Shown here: positions 35,583 to 44,791 of the stretch, piece after piece
Layout: every line of letters begins with the position of its first letter
Position numbering within the stretch: the first letter of the stretch is position 1
Assembly: GCA_934168365.1 (NCBI GenBank)
Contig: CAKPNJ010000001.1
Location: 20,967-84,966, forward strand
DNA from: an uncultured Clostridia bacterium
GTDB lineage: Bacteria; Bacillota; Clostridia; TANB77; CAG-508
DNA: 64,000 nucleotides
Direction: 5' to 3'
Made by a program: the position numbers and the translations under genes
Notes under the pieces: model-generated
Seen by the model: only the letters and a program-made list of their open reading frames with translations
What the model was told of the DNA's origin: nothing
Databases searched by the model: none

Positions 35583-37439
35583 TTGAGAACCTTAGAAGAG
35601 ATAAGAAAAATAAGAGAAGAAAAGCGAAAAGAACTAAATATTAGAGTAGATACATCAGTTGGAGGAAGAGAAAAACATATTTTAGTATGCCATGGAACAG
35701 GATGTACATCTTCAAAATCTACACAAGTTATAGAGAATTTTAAAAGAATAGTAAAAGAAAAAAATTTAGAAAATGTACGTGTAATTCAAACAGGATGTTT
35801 TGGGTTATGTGCCAAAGGACCAATAGTAATCATTAGACCAGAAGACACATTTTATGCAATGGTAAAGCCAGAAGACTGTGAAGAAATTATACAAAAGCAC
35901 ATTATAGATGGTGAAATAGTTGAAAGACTATTATGCAAAGACATTGATGGAACTAGAGTAAACAAACTAGACGACTTGACTTTTTATAAAAAACAAAAAA
36001 GAATTGCTCTTCAAAACAGTGGGAAAATTGATCCTGAAAATATTGATGAATACATAGCTTTTGATGGATACAAAGCATTAGAAAAAGTACTTTTAGAAAT
36101 GATACCAGATGAAGTAATTAAAACAATAGAAGATTCTGGGCTAAGAGGACGAGGTGGAGCAGGATTTCCGACAGGCAAGAAATGGGCATTAACTAAGGCA
36201 GTAGAATCAGAACAAAAATATGTGGTATGTAATGCAGACGAAGGTGACCCAGGAGCATTTATGGACAGAAGTATTTTAGAAGGAGATCCACATTCTGTAT
36301 TAGAGGCAATGATAATTGCCGGTTATGCAATTGGAGCAAATCAAGGGTATATTTATGTAAGAGCTGAATATCCAATTGCAGTAGATAGATTTAGAGTAGC
36401 AATAAAACAAGCAAGAGATTATGGGCTACTTGGAAAAAATATATTTGGAACAGACTTCAGCTTTGATGTAGATATTAGATTAGGTGCAGGAGCATTTGTA
36501 TGTGGAGAAGAAACAGCACTTTTAGAATCTATTGAAGGAAAACGTGGTCAACCAAGATTAAAACCACCATATCCTGCAAATTCAGGTTTATGGGGTAAAC
36601 CAACATTAATAAATAATGTTGAAACTTATGCGAATATAACGAGAATAATATTAAATGGAGCAGAATGGTATTCAAGTATTGGGACAGAAACCTCAAAAGG
36701 AACAAAAGTATTTGCGTTAGGTGGAAATGTTGTAAATATTGGGTTAGTTGAGGTTCCAATGGGAACAACCTTAAGAGAAATTGTTTATGATATTGGTGGA
36801 GGAATACCAAACAACAGAGAGTTTAAAGCTGCACAAACTGGCGGCCCATCAGGTGGATGTATTCCAAAAGAGCATTTAGATACACCAATAGATTATGAAT
36901 CATTAAAACAAATAGGTTCAATGATGGGTTCAGGAGGACTTATAGTAATGGATGATACAAAATGTATGGTAAACATTGCTAAGTTCTACTTAGAATTTAC
37001 TGTGGATGAGTCTTGTGGAAAGTGTACGCCATGCAGAATTGGAACTAAAAGAATGCTTGAAATACTAGAGAAAATAACTAATGGAGAAGCAACAAAACAA
37101 GACTTAGAAAAATTAGAAGAATTGGCGAAAATTATACCAAAGACTTCGGTATGTGGATTAGGACAATCAGCACCAAATCCAGTAATTTCAACACTAAAGT
37201 ATTTTAGAGAAGAATACTTAGAGCATATAGAAGAGAAGAAATGCAGAACAGGAGAATGTAAAGCATTAGCCAAAATACAAATTGATCCTGAAAAGTGTAG
37301 AGGATGTACAAAATGTAGTCGTAATTGTCCAGTTGGAGCAATTACAGGAGAGCTAGGTAAAACACACCATATTAACGAGGAGAAGTGTATTAAGTGTGGA
37401 ACGTGCTTAAGTGTTTGCCCATTCCACGCTATTGGTTAA
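35583..37439 (+). CDS. hydB: NuoF-like NAD(P)H/FMN subunit of [FeFe]-hydrogenase (HydB/HndC)
   Basis: N-terminal 2Fe-2S thioredoxin-like domain, GLRGRGGAGFPTGKKW (FMN/NADH site), SLBB, ESCGKCTPCR (N3 cluster) and two C-terminal CxxCxxCxxxCP ferredoxin motifs. TTG start. Confidence 0.9.
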   Translation: MRTLEEIRKIREEKRKELNIRVDTSVGGREKHILVCHGTGCTSSKSTQVIENFKRIVKEKNLENVRVIQTGCFGLCAKGPIVIIRPEDTFYAMVKPEDCEEIIQKHIIDGEIVERLLCKDIDGTRVNKLDDLTFYKKQKRIALQNSGKIDPENIDEYIAFDGYKALEKVLLEMIPDEVIKTIEDSGLRGRGGAGFPTGKKWALTKAVESEQKYVVCNADEGDPGAFMDRSILEGDPHSVLEAMIIAGYAIGANQGYIYVRAEYPIAVDRFRVAIKQARDYGLLGKNIFGTDFSFDVDIRLGAGAFVCGEETALLESIEGKRGQPRLKPPYPANSGLWGKPTLINNVETYANITRIILNGAEWYSSIGTETSKGTKVFALGGNVVNIGLVEVPMGTTLREIVYDIGGGIPNNREFKAAQTGGPSGGCIPKEHLDTPIDYESLKQIGSMMGSGGLIVMDDTKCMVNIAKFYLEFTVDESCGKCTPCRIGTKRMLEILEKITNGEATKQDLEKLEELAKIIPKTSVCGLGQSAPNPVISTLKYFREEYLEHIEEKKCRTGECKALAKIQIDPEKCRGCTKCSRNCPVGAITGELGKTHHINEEKCIKCGTCLSVCPFHAIG

Positions 37440-37565
37440 AATTTCCAAAATAATAGTCATCTTGCGTTGTTACTGCGAATTAAAAATGAAATCAACGTAC
37501 CAAAAGTACGCCTCATTCATTTTTAATTCTTGTTCATAGCAATATAACTATTCTTTTGAAAATTT
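37439..37565 (+). repeat. Long imperfect-palindrome intergenic element, copy A1
   Basis: Outer arms aaatttccaaaataatagt / actattcttttgaaaattt match at 17 of 19 positions. Inner perfect 13-bp stem aattaaaaatgaa (37478..37490) / ttcatttttaatt (37516..37528). The apical mini-hairpin is cgtac-caaaa-gtacg. It starts inside the hydB stop codon. Confidence 0.7.
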
Positions 37566-37581
37566 AAAGATATACAAGGAA

Positions 37582-37695
37582 TTGATTAGAAATTAAACAT
37601 CAAGATTTTTTGCTAGTTTTCCTCGTAATATACTACTTTAAATTGAAATTAAGAATACTAAAAATTATTCTTTTGAAAATTTAAAGATACATAAG
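37582..37695 (+). repeat. Degenerate second copy (A2) ending in an exact 23-nt duplication of the A1 right end
   Basis: attcttttgaaaatttaaagata occurs at 37550..37572 and again at 37667..37689. The left part, gattagaaattaaacatcaag, resembles the left end of copy B1 (aattagaaattatatgtatcac). Confidence 0.55.
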
Positions 37696-37744
37696 GGGAT
37701 TTTTGGAAATTTGTGATGAATAATAAAAAAAAGGAGAAATGATT

Positions 37745-38311
37745 ATGAAATATTTTAAGAAATTAGTTGGAGAAAGAATATATTTGTCTCCAAGAAATGC
37801 AGAAGATGTGGAACAATTTACAGAATGGATGAATGATTTTGAAGTAACAGATTATATTGGTAGAACTGCTCAAATGATAAGCTTGAGTGGAGAAAAAGAA
37901 TTTTTAGAAAAAAATGCAAATCCAGAATCAACATTTGTAATTGTTGATTTGAAGGATGACGTTATGGTTGGCACAGTTTCATTAGAAAAAATTGATAGAA
38001 CAGATAGTAAAGCAACTCTAGGAATTTTTATAGGGAGAAGTGAGTATAGAAGTAAAGGCTATGGAGCAGAAGCTATCAATTTAATTCTAGATTTTGGCTT
38101 CAATTACATGAACTTAAATAGTATTAATCTTATTGTTTTAGATTGTAATGAAAGAGCAAAAGCATGTTATAAAAAATGTGGATTTAAAGAAATGGGAAGA
38201 GAAAGACAAGGTAAGTTTGTAAATGGTAAATACTATGATGCAATTATGATGGACATTTTAAGGGAAGAGTTTAAAGGAAGAGAGTATATTAAAAATAAAA
38301 ATGTGAAATAG
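37745..38311 (+). CDS. GNAT-family N-acetyltransferase (RimJ/RimL-like)
   Basis: RIYLSPRN..., the acetyl-CoA motif RSKGYGAEAINL, and FKEMGRERQGKFVNGKYYDAIMMDIL. RBS aaggaga lies 7 nt before the ATG at 37745. Confidence 0.8.
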   Translation: MKYFKKLVGERIYLSPRNAEDVEQFTEWMNDFEVTDYIGRTAQMISLSGEKEFLEKNANPESTFVIVDLKDDVMVGTVSLEKIDRTDSKATLGIFIGRSEYRSKGYGAEAINLILDFGFNYMNLNSINLIVLDCNERAKACYKKCGFKEMGRERQGKFVNGKYYDAIMMDILREEFKGREYIKNKNVK

Positions 38312-38366
38312 GAAGTGGTTGAAAAATAGATTTCCACTTAATATACCTATAGGAAGGATAATAGAT

Positions 38367-40100
38367 ATGATAAACCTAACAATAGATGGTAGAAACATAG
38401 AAGTACCAGAAGATACAACAATTTTACAAGCTGCAGCAAAATTAAATATAGATATTCCAACATTATGCTATCTAAAAGAAATAAATGAAATTGGAGATTG
38501 TAGAATGTGCCTTGTAGAAGTGGAAGGTAAAAGAGGCTTTGCTACTTCTTGTATTCAAAAGGTAGAAGAGGGTATGGTTGTACACACCAAAACACCAGAA
38601 GTTTTAGAAACTAGAAAAACTATGTTAGACTTAATATTATCTAACCATCATCAAGACTGTGATAATTGTGTAAGAAAAGAAAATTGTGAATTACAAGACC
38701 TTATAAAACAATTTGATAAGGAGAAAACTGTATATGAGGGAACAAAAAACATATATGAAATAGACGATAAATCTCCATCTATTGTACGTGATCCTAATAA
38801 ATGCATATTATGTAGAAGATGTGTTTCAATGTGCAATAAAGTACAAAAAATAGGTGCTATAGGTGTAACAGAAAGAGGATTTAATTCATGTGTTTCAACA
38901 GCTGGACACAATAGTTTAAATGATGTGAATTGTACTTTTTGTGGTCAATGTATAGAGGTGTGCCCAACAGGAGCCTTAAGGGAAAAAGACTCTACACAAA
39001 TTGTATGGGACAAAATAAATGATAAAAATACATATGTAATAGTGCAAACAGCTCCTTCTGTAAGAGTTGCATTAGGAGAAGAATTTGGAATGCCAATAGG
39101 TACAAATGTAGAAGGGAAAATGGTAAATGCATTAAAACAAATGGGATTTGATAAAGTATTTGACACAAATACTGGGGCAGATTTTACAATTGTTGAAGAA
39201 GGAACAGAATTCATAAAAAGACTACAAAATAATGACAACTTACCAATGATAACTTCATGTTGCCCTGGCTGGGTAAAATATATTGAAATGAATTATCCAG
39301 AAAATATAGGACATTTATCTAGTTGCAAATCACCACATGAAATGTTTGGAGCATTATTAAAAACATATTATGCTAAAAAACAAGGAATTGATCCAAGCAA
39401 AATGTTTGTAGTGTCTGTGATGCCATGCATTGCAAAAAAATATGAAGGACAAAGAGAAGAAATGAAGCAAGATGTTGATGCAGTTATTACTACAAGAGAA
39501 CTTGCAAGAATGATTAAACAGGCTAAAATAGATTTTGTAAATCTAGAAGATGCTAAATTTGATGACCCAATGGGAGAAGCAACTGGTGCAGCAGCTATTT
39601 TTGGAGTAACTGGTGGTGTTATGGAAGCGGCTCTTAGAAGTGTTTCTGAAATTGTAACAGGAAAACCTTTAGATAAAATTGCATTTGAACAAGTAAGAGG
39701 AGAAAGTGGAATAAAAAGAGCCGAAATAGAGATTGGAGATAAAAAAGTAAAAGTTGCAGTAGCACATGGATTAGCAAATGCACAAACTATTATGGAAGAG
39801 ATAAAATCTGGCAAAGCAGATTATCAATTTGTTGAAATTATGGCTTGCCCAGGTGGATGTATTACAGGTGGAGGTCAACCTATAAAAAATGCTAAAATTC
39901 AAGAAGAGGTCGATATACATAAAAAACGTGCTGAAGCAATGTATTCAATTGATGAAAAAAGCGTTATTAGAAAATCACATGAAAATCCTGTATTGAAGCA
40001 AATTTACAAAGAATTTTTAGGAGAGCCTAATGGAGAATTAGCTCATAAATTATTACATACTCATTATTCTAAAAAAGAAAAATATAAATTTGTCAAGTAA
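38367..40100 (+). CDS. hydA: [FeFe]-hydrogenase catalytic subunit HydA (M3-type with N-terminal 2Fe-2S and 4Fe-4S domains)
   Basis: H-cluster motifs TSCCPGW, MPCIAKKYE and EIMACPGGCITGGGQP. An N-terminal 2Fe-2S ferredoxin fold and two CxxCxxCxxxCP motifs are present. The ATG at 38367 follows aggaagga. Confidence 0.9.
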   Translation: MINLTIDGRNIEVPEDTTILQAAAKLNIDIPTLCYLKEINEIGDCRMCLVEVEGKRGFATSCIQKVEEGMVVHTKTPEVLETRKTMLDLILSNHHQDCDNCVRKENCELQDLIKQFDKEKTVYEGTKNIYEIDDKSPSIVRDPNKCILCRRCVSMCNKVQKIGAIGVTERGFNSCVSTAGHNSLNDVNCTFCGQCIEVCPTGALREKDSTQIVWDKINDKNTYVIVQTAPSVRVALGEEFGMPIGTNVEGKMVNALKQMGFDKVFDTNTGADFTIVEEGTEFIKRLQNNDNLPMITSCCPGWVKYIEMNYPENIGHLSSCKSPHEMFGALLKTYYAKKQGIDPSKMFVVSVMPCIAKKYEGQREEMKQDVDAVITTRELARMIKQAKIDFVNLEDAKFDDPMGEATGAAAIFGVTGGVMEAALRSVSEIVTGKPLDKIAFEQVRGESGIKRAEIEIGDKKVKVAVAHGLANAQTIMEEIKSGKADYQFVEIMACPGGCITGGGQPIKNAKIQEEVDIHKKRAEAMYSIDEKSVIRKSHENPVLKQIYKEFLGEPNGELAHKLLHTHYSKKEKYKFVK

Positions 40101-40213
40101 AAATAGTAGAAAAAAAGTGTAAATTTGTTTACATTTTTCTACAAAATTTGTATTATAATAGTAATATAATTTTGCTATAATAAATAGCTAAAAGATTATA
40201 TTAGTTTCAAATT

Positions 40214-40379
40214 AGAAATTATATGTATCACTTGCAACTGTCAGACTGCACTGCGAAAGAAATTGTATTATTCGGCTCGTAGCGCCCTCAGTACAACCGA
40301 GATTCCCTACTCGCCTCAAGACAATTTCTAATACTCGTTCTGCATAGACGAAGTTGCCTGCGTTCTACATATAATTTCT
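40214..40379 (+). repeat. Long imperfect-palindrome intergenic element, copy B1
   Basis: Perfect 14-bp outer stem agaaattatatgta / tacatataatttct. Inner 9-bp stem agaaattgt (40258..40266) / acaatttct (40321..40329). A GC-enriched apical segment of about 54 nt separates the inner arms. The left-arm motif tcacttgc...actgcgaa is shared with copy A1. Confidence 0.7.
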
Positions 40380-40403
40380 ATGTTGTAAAGTAATATAATC
40401 TTA

Positions 40404-40446
40404 AAATTGTATGTGTATCAGTTGCAAGTGGCACATATAATTTCTA
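40404..40446 (+). repeat. Short derivative (B2) of the same element
   Basis: tatgtgtatcagttgcaagtggcacata is a hairpin followed by taatttct. It repeats the B1 left motif (tatgtatcacttgcaa) and the B1 right end. Confidence 0.5.
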
Positions 40447-40488
40447 GGTACGAAAATAGTAAAAAATATAATTATATTAGGAGAAGAT

Positions 40489-41394
40489 ATGGAAAAATTT
40501 AAATCAGGATTTGTAGCAATTGTTGGAAGAACAAATGTCGGAAAATCAAGCATATTAAATGATATGGTTGGTCAAAAAGTAGCTGTAGTTGTTAATAAAC
40601 CACAAACTACAAGAACAGCTATTAAAGCAATAGTAAATAGAGAAAACTCACAAATAATATTCACAGATACACCAGGAATTCATAAACCAAAATCAAAATT
40701 AGGTAACACTATGAATGACACAGCTTGGGGCAGTATTCCAGATGCAGATGTGCTTTTATTTGTTGTGGAAGCTACCTCAGATGGAATTGGCAAAGGTGAC
40801 CAAATGATTTTAGACAAAATTAAAGAAGCGAAGGCTAATACAATTTTGATAATAAATAAAATCGATTTGGTTAAAAAAGAGCAAGTTTTTAAGCTAATAG
40901 AAACTTTTAAAGATGAGTATAATTTTAAAGCTATTATTCCAATTTCTGCTTTAAAAGCAAAAGACACAGAAGTTATACTTGAAGAAATCGAAAAGAACCT
41001 TAAAGAAGGTCCTGCATATTATGATATAGATGAATATACAGACCAAACTTTAAGAGATATAGCTTCTGAAACAATTCGTGAAAAGGCTTTAAAACTTTTA
41101 CAAGACGAAGTGCCACACGGAATATTTGTAGAAGTTGAAAAAATGAAAAGAGGTAAAACAAGAGATAATGAGCCAATTTTCAATATAGAAGCTACAATTT
41201 ATTGCTTAAGAGATTCGCACAAAGGTATAATCATTGGAAAAAATGGTGCTATGCTTAAAAAAATTGGAACTTATGCAAGAGAAGATTTAGAAAAAGAACT
41301 ACAAGATAAAGTTAATTTACAATTGTGGGTAAAAGTACGCGAAGACTGGATAAATAATGATAAATTTGTAAAACTATTTAAAAATACAGACTAG
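40489..41394 (+). CDS. era: GTPase Era
   Basis: GRTNVGKSS, DTPG and NKID motifs, with a C-terminal KH domain (IIIGKNGAMLKKIG). Confidence 0.95.
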   Translation: MEKFKSGFVAIVGRTNVGKSSILNDMVGQKVAVVVNKPQTTRTAIKAIVNRENSQIIFTDTPGIHKPKSKLGNTMNDTAWGSIPDADVLLFVVEATSDGIGKGDQMILDKIKEAKANTILIINKIDLVKKEQVFKLIETFKDEYNFKAIIPISALKAKDTEVILEEIEKNLKEGPAYYDIDEYTDQTLRDIASETIREKALKLLQDEVPHGIFVEVEKMKRGKTRDNEPIFNIEATIYCLRDSHKGIIIGKNGAMLKKIGTYAREDLEKELQDKVNLQLWVKVREDWINNDKFVKLFKNTD

Positions 41395-41481
41395 TTTTAC
41401 AAATTATACCAGTATAAAATTTAAAAAGAAGCGAAAGATAAAGTTAGAAGTAAAACTTCTAGAACAGGAGATGATGTGTAA

Positions 41482-41670
41482 ATGATGGAAAAGCAAATTA
41501 AAGACCTAGCATGGAATACTTTTAAACAAACAGGAAACATTGACACATTTATGGAACTAATGCAAGTAGAAAATATAGAAAAAAATGCAAAGCAAGATAT
41601 AGCTAAAAATGTAGAGGAAACACAATATGGGAATATTAAAAACGAAGGGGATCATCCTTTCAGAAAGTAA
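41482..41670 (+). CDS. yqzL: YqzL-like small protein
   Basis: 62 aa with LAWNTFKQTGNIDTFMEL. It lies between era and recO as in Bacillus and overlaps the recO start by 44 nt. Confidence 0.55.
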   Translation: MMEKQIKDLAWNTFKQTGNIDTFMELMQVENIEKNAKQDIAKNVEETQYGNIKNEGDHPFRK

Positions 41671-42352
41671 CATGAATGATTTTGATAAAATGGTAACTAT
41701 ACTTACTCCAAATGGTAAAATTGGGTGTGCGGCAAAAGGGGCTAGAAGACCAAAAAGCCTTTTAATGTCAGGCACTCAATTTTTGTGCTTTGGAGAATAT
41801 TTGCTATATCAAAGTAGTAACAGTTATCATATGAACTCATGTGACACAATTGAAGTTTTTTATAATATTCGCACAGATTTAGACAAGCTTAAATATGCTT
41901 CATACATTACAAAAATAATAAATGATGTAACAGATGAAAATCAAAATACATATAAAATTTTGCAATTATACTTAAACACTTTATACATGATATCAGAAGA
42001 AGAAAAAAACTTGGACTTCGTAATATCAGTATTTAAACTAAGACTTTGTTGTTTACTTGGTTTTATGCCAGAGATAAGAAAATGTGGCAATTGCAAAGCG
42101 CAAGAAGAATTGAACTATTTTAGTTTAAAAGATAATTGTTTGAAATGTACAGCATGTGGTAAAATAGACAAAAGTGCAATACAAATATCAGATTCAACTA
42201 GAACTGCAATCCAATATATAGTATTAGCAGATGCTAAAAAAATATTTTCATTTAACATTTCAGATGAAAGCTTAAAAGAATTAGAACTAGTTACAAAGCT
42301 ATATCTAAATGATAAATTAGAAAAAGAATACAAATTAGAAGAGCTATTTTAA
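41627..42352 (+). CDS. recO: DNA repair protein RecO
   Basis: N-terminal OB fold (GIILSESNMNDFDKMVTILTPNGKI) and zinc motif CGNC...CTAC; 241 aa. Confidence 0.9.
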   Translation: MGILKTKGIILSESNMNDFDKMVTILTPNGKIGCAAKGARRPKSLLMSGTQFLCFGEYLLYQSSNSYHMNSCDTIEVFYNIRTDLDKLKYASYITKIINDVTDENQNTYKILQLYLNTLYMISEEEKNLDFVISVFKLRLCCLLGFMPEIRKCGNCKAQEELNYFSLKDNCLKCTACGKIDKSAIQISDSTRTAIQYIVLADAKKIFSFNISDESLKELELVTKLYLNDKLEKEYKLEELF

Positions 42353-42362
42353 AGGGGATTTT

Positions 42363-43757
42363 ATGAGTAATAATCAAAAGGTAAAATGGAGAAAATTAGA
42401 TAATTCAGCAAAATTATTTCCGATAATATCAACAAAAAAATTTAGCACAATATTTCGTGTATCTGTTGTGTTAACAGAAACTATAGATCCAAAAAAATTA
42501 AAAAAGGCAACGGAAAAAGCCTTAGCTACTTTTGCAAATTTTAAAGTTAGACTAAGAACAGGATTTTTTTGGTATTATTTAGAGGAAAACAATAGAGAAA
42601 TTATAGTGTATCCAGAGGATAGGTATCCTTGTAGATATATAGGTTATAGAACAAATAATGGATACTTATTTAGAGTTTCTTATTACAACAATAAAATAAA
42701 TGTAGAAGTGTTTCATGCCTTAACAGATGGCACAACAGCTACAGAATTTGTAAAAACAATAGTATATGAATATTTGAATTTATGTCATGATTTTAATGAA
42801 AAATTTTCAGCAAAACAAATACAGCTACAAGTGCAAGACATAGAAGATAGTTATTTGAAAAATTATGATAAAAGCTTACATTTTAAAGACAATACAGGAA
42901 GAGCATACATTTTAAAAGGCAAAAAATTATTGCCATATCAAGCAGGAACTACTCAAGTATTTATAGACTTAAAACCAATAATTAAAACCTGTAGAAGTCT
43001 AAAGGTTACAGTAACTGAGTATTTTACAGCTGTGCTAATATATTGCATATATCAACAACAAAAAAACACTAAAGATAAGAAAAGTATAAAAGTATGTATA
43101 CCAGTAAATTTGAAAAAATTTTTTCCGTCTAATACAATAACAAACTTTTTTACATATATGACTGTTGTTGCAGAAGCAGAAAAAATAGATTTGAATAATT
43201 TTGAAGCGATATTAGAATATGTAAGAGAATTCTTCCACGATAACTTACAAAAAGAAAGCTTAGCTAAAACTATGGCACATAATGTTAAATTGGGAAATCA
43301 AATACTTATAAGAATAATACCACTTTTTATAAAAAAATTGATATTGAAATTAGTATATGGAGAAATACAAAAATACACAACCACAACATTTTCAAACTTA
43401 GGAAAAGTGAACTTTCTGCCAGAATATGAGCAATATATACAAAATTTCTTTTTTATAATCGCACCGGAAAAAGCAGAAAAAATAAAATGTACAATATGCT
43501 CATATAAAGACAATATTGTGTTTTCAGTGGGATCTATTTTACAAGAAAATGATATTGAAAAAAGCTTTGCCGAATTCTTAGAAAAGAAAGGAATTAAAAC
43601 TAAAATCATAACAAATGACATTTATGCAAAAGAGGCAAATGAATTATATCCTAAAATTGATAGTTCACCACTAATGAATATAATTAAACAAAGAAAACAA
43701 AAAGTAAAAAATGGAGTGACATTTAAGGAGACATTTAAAAGAAAATTCCACATATAA
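42363..43757 (+). CDS. HxxxD-motif acyltransferase (condensation / alcohol-acetyltransferase-like superfamily)
   Basis: VFHALTDGTTA carries the HxxxDG catalytic motif, and the N-terminus WRKLDNSAKLFP is typical of AATase/WS-DGAT-like proteins; 464 aa. Confidence 0.55.
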   Translation: MSNNQKVKWRKLDNSAKLFPIISTKKFSTIFRVSVVLTETIDPKKLKKATEKALATFANFKVRLRTGFFWYYLEENNREIIVYPEDRYPCRYIGYRTNNGYLFRVSYYNNKINVEVFHALTDGTTATEFVKTIVYEYLNLCHDFNEKFSAKQIQLQVQDIEDSYLKNYDKSLHFKDNTGRAYILKGKKLLPYQAGTTQVFIDLKPIIKTCRSLKVTVTEYFTAVLIYCIYQQQKNTKDKKSIKVCIPVNLKKFFPSNTITNFFTYMTVVAEAEKIDLNNFEAILEYVREFFHDNLQKESLAKTMAHNVKLGNQILIRIIPLFIKKLILKLVYGEIQKYTTTTFSNLGKVNFLPEYEQYIQNFFFIIAPEKAEKIKCTICSYKDNIVFSVGSILQENDIEKSFAEFLEKKGIKTKIITNDIYAKEANELYPKIDSSPLMNIIKQRKQKVKNGVTFKETFKRKFHI

Positions 43758-43776
43758 AATAGTTAGGAAACGGAAT

Positions 43777-44652
43777 ATGAAGAAAGTAATAAAAATAATT
43801 GTAATAATATTTATAGCTATATTACTAGGAGCGATAATTGAAGCGATTTATTGGCTTAATGGCAACATAGAAGCTAAACCAAGTGAAGAGAAAAACTATA
43901 ATATAGCTGAAGAAAAATTTGCACAAAGGAAAGTATTTGTTCTTACACCAAAGACTGAGAAATCAAACAAAGTGATATTGTATTTACATGGTGGAGCTTA
44001 TGTTGGAGAAATCGAACAGGAACATTGGCTATTTTTCAATGAAGTAATAAAAGACACAAATGCTACTATAATAGTGCCAGATTACCCTTTAGCACCACAG
44101 TATAACTATGAAGATGCATTTAATATGGTTTTACCACTATATGAAAAAATATTAGAAAAAGTTAAACAAGAAAACTTAATACTAATGGGAGACTCAGCAG
44201 GAGCAGGAATGAGTCTATCACTTGTACAAAAAATAGCAGAAGATAAGCTTGTACAGCCAAGCAAAACAATTCTAATTTCACCATGGTTAGATGTAACTAT
44301 GTCAAATAAAGAAATAGATGAAGTTCAAAAAAGAGATACAAAATTAAACAAAAACATTCTAAAAATAGTGGGAATAGTTTATGCAAAAACAGAAGAAAAT
44401 ACAACAAATTATCTAGTAAGCCCAATTTATGGAAAGCTAGAGGATTTAAAGAATATAGTTGTATATACAGGAACAAACGATATTTTAAATCCAGATGTGC
44501 ATATATTAGAACAGAAATTGGATGGAATTAAAATAAATGAATATGAAGGAGCAATACATAACTGGATATTAGAAAAATATGTTGACGAGAAATACAATAA
44601 TGAACTGTCACAGAAAGCTTATGAAAATTTAATTTATGAATTAAATAATTAA
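43777..44652 (+). CDS. Alpha/beta hydrolase (HSL / Abhydrolase_3-type esterase) with an N-terminal membrane anchor
   Basis: YLHGGAY (HGG oxyanion motif), GDSAGAG (GxSxG), and a late His (AIHNW). Confidence 0.75.
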   Translation: MKKVIKIIVIIFIAILLGAIIEAIYWLNGNIEAKPSEEKNYNIAEEKFAQRKVFVLTPKTEKSNKVILYLHGGAYVGEIEQEHWLFFNEVIKDTNATIIVPDYPLAPQYNYEDAFNMVLPLYEKILEKVKQENLILMGDSAGAGMSLSLVQKIAEDKLVQPSKTILISPWLDVTMSNKEIDEVQKRDTKLNKNILKIVGIVYAKTEENTTNYLVSPIYGKLEDLKNIVVYTGTNDILNPDVHILEQKLDGIKINEYEGAIHNWILEKYVDEKYNNELSQKAYENLIYELNN

Positions 44653-44712
44653 AGCTTAAAAAATCAATGTTAAAGTACTTGCAAAGTGCTATAAATCAAC
44701 AAAAACTAGAAA

Positions 44713-44741
44713 TTGACACAGAACGCAAAATATGATATAAT
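44713..44741 (+). promoter_or_regulatory. Consensus sigma-A-type promoter
   Basis: TTGACA, 17 nt, TATAAT exactly, about 50 nt upstream of the 44792 gene. Confidence 0.6.
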
Positions 44742-44791
44742 TTTATAGTTAGATTTTGTGATTTTATAGTACGAATGTTAAGGAGAAGAGC

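Noticed and set aside
37550-37689. Exact 23-nt direct repeat, considered as a possible CRISPR array or iteron.
   Set aside because: There are only two copies, 117 nt apart, with no regular repeat-spacer periodicity and no cas genes. It is better explained as duplicated right ends of tandem palindromic elements.
35091-40100. Hydrogenase genes considered as a candidate novel system.
   Set aside because: The NuoE-like, NuoF-like and HydA subunits carry all canonical cluster-binding and H-cluster motifs of the known electron-bifurcating HydABC/Hnd type. Only the interruption by repeats and a GNAT gene is unusual.
40240-40330. GC-rich patch considered as a possible tRNA or other small RNA gene.
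   Set aside because: It has no GTTCGAATC-like T-loop, no acceptor-stem pairing and no cloverleaf. It forms the apical part of the long palindromic element B1 instead.
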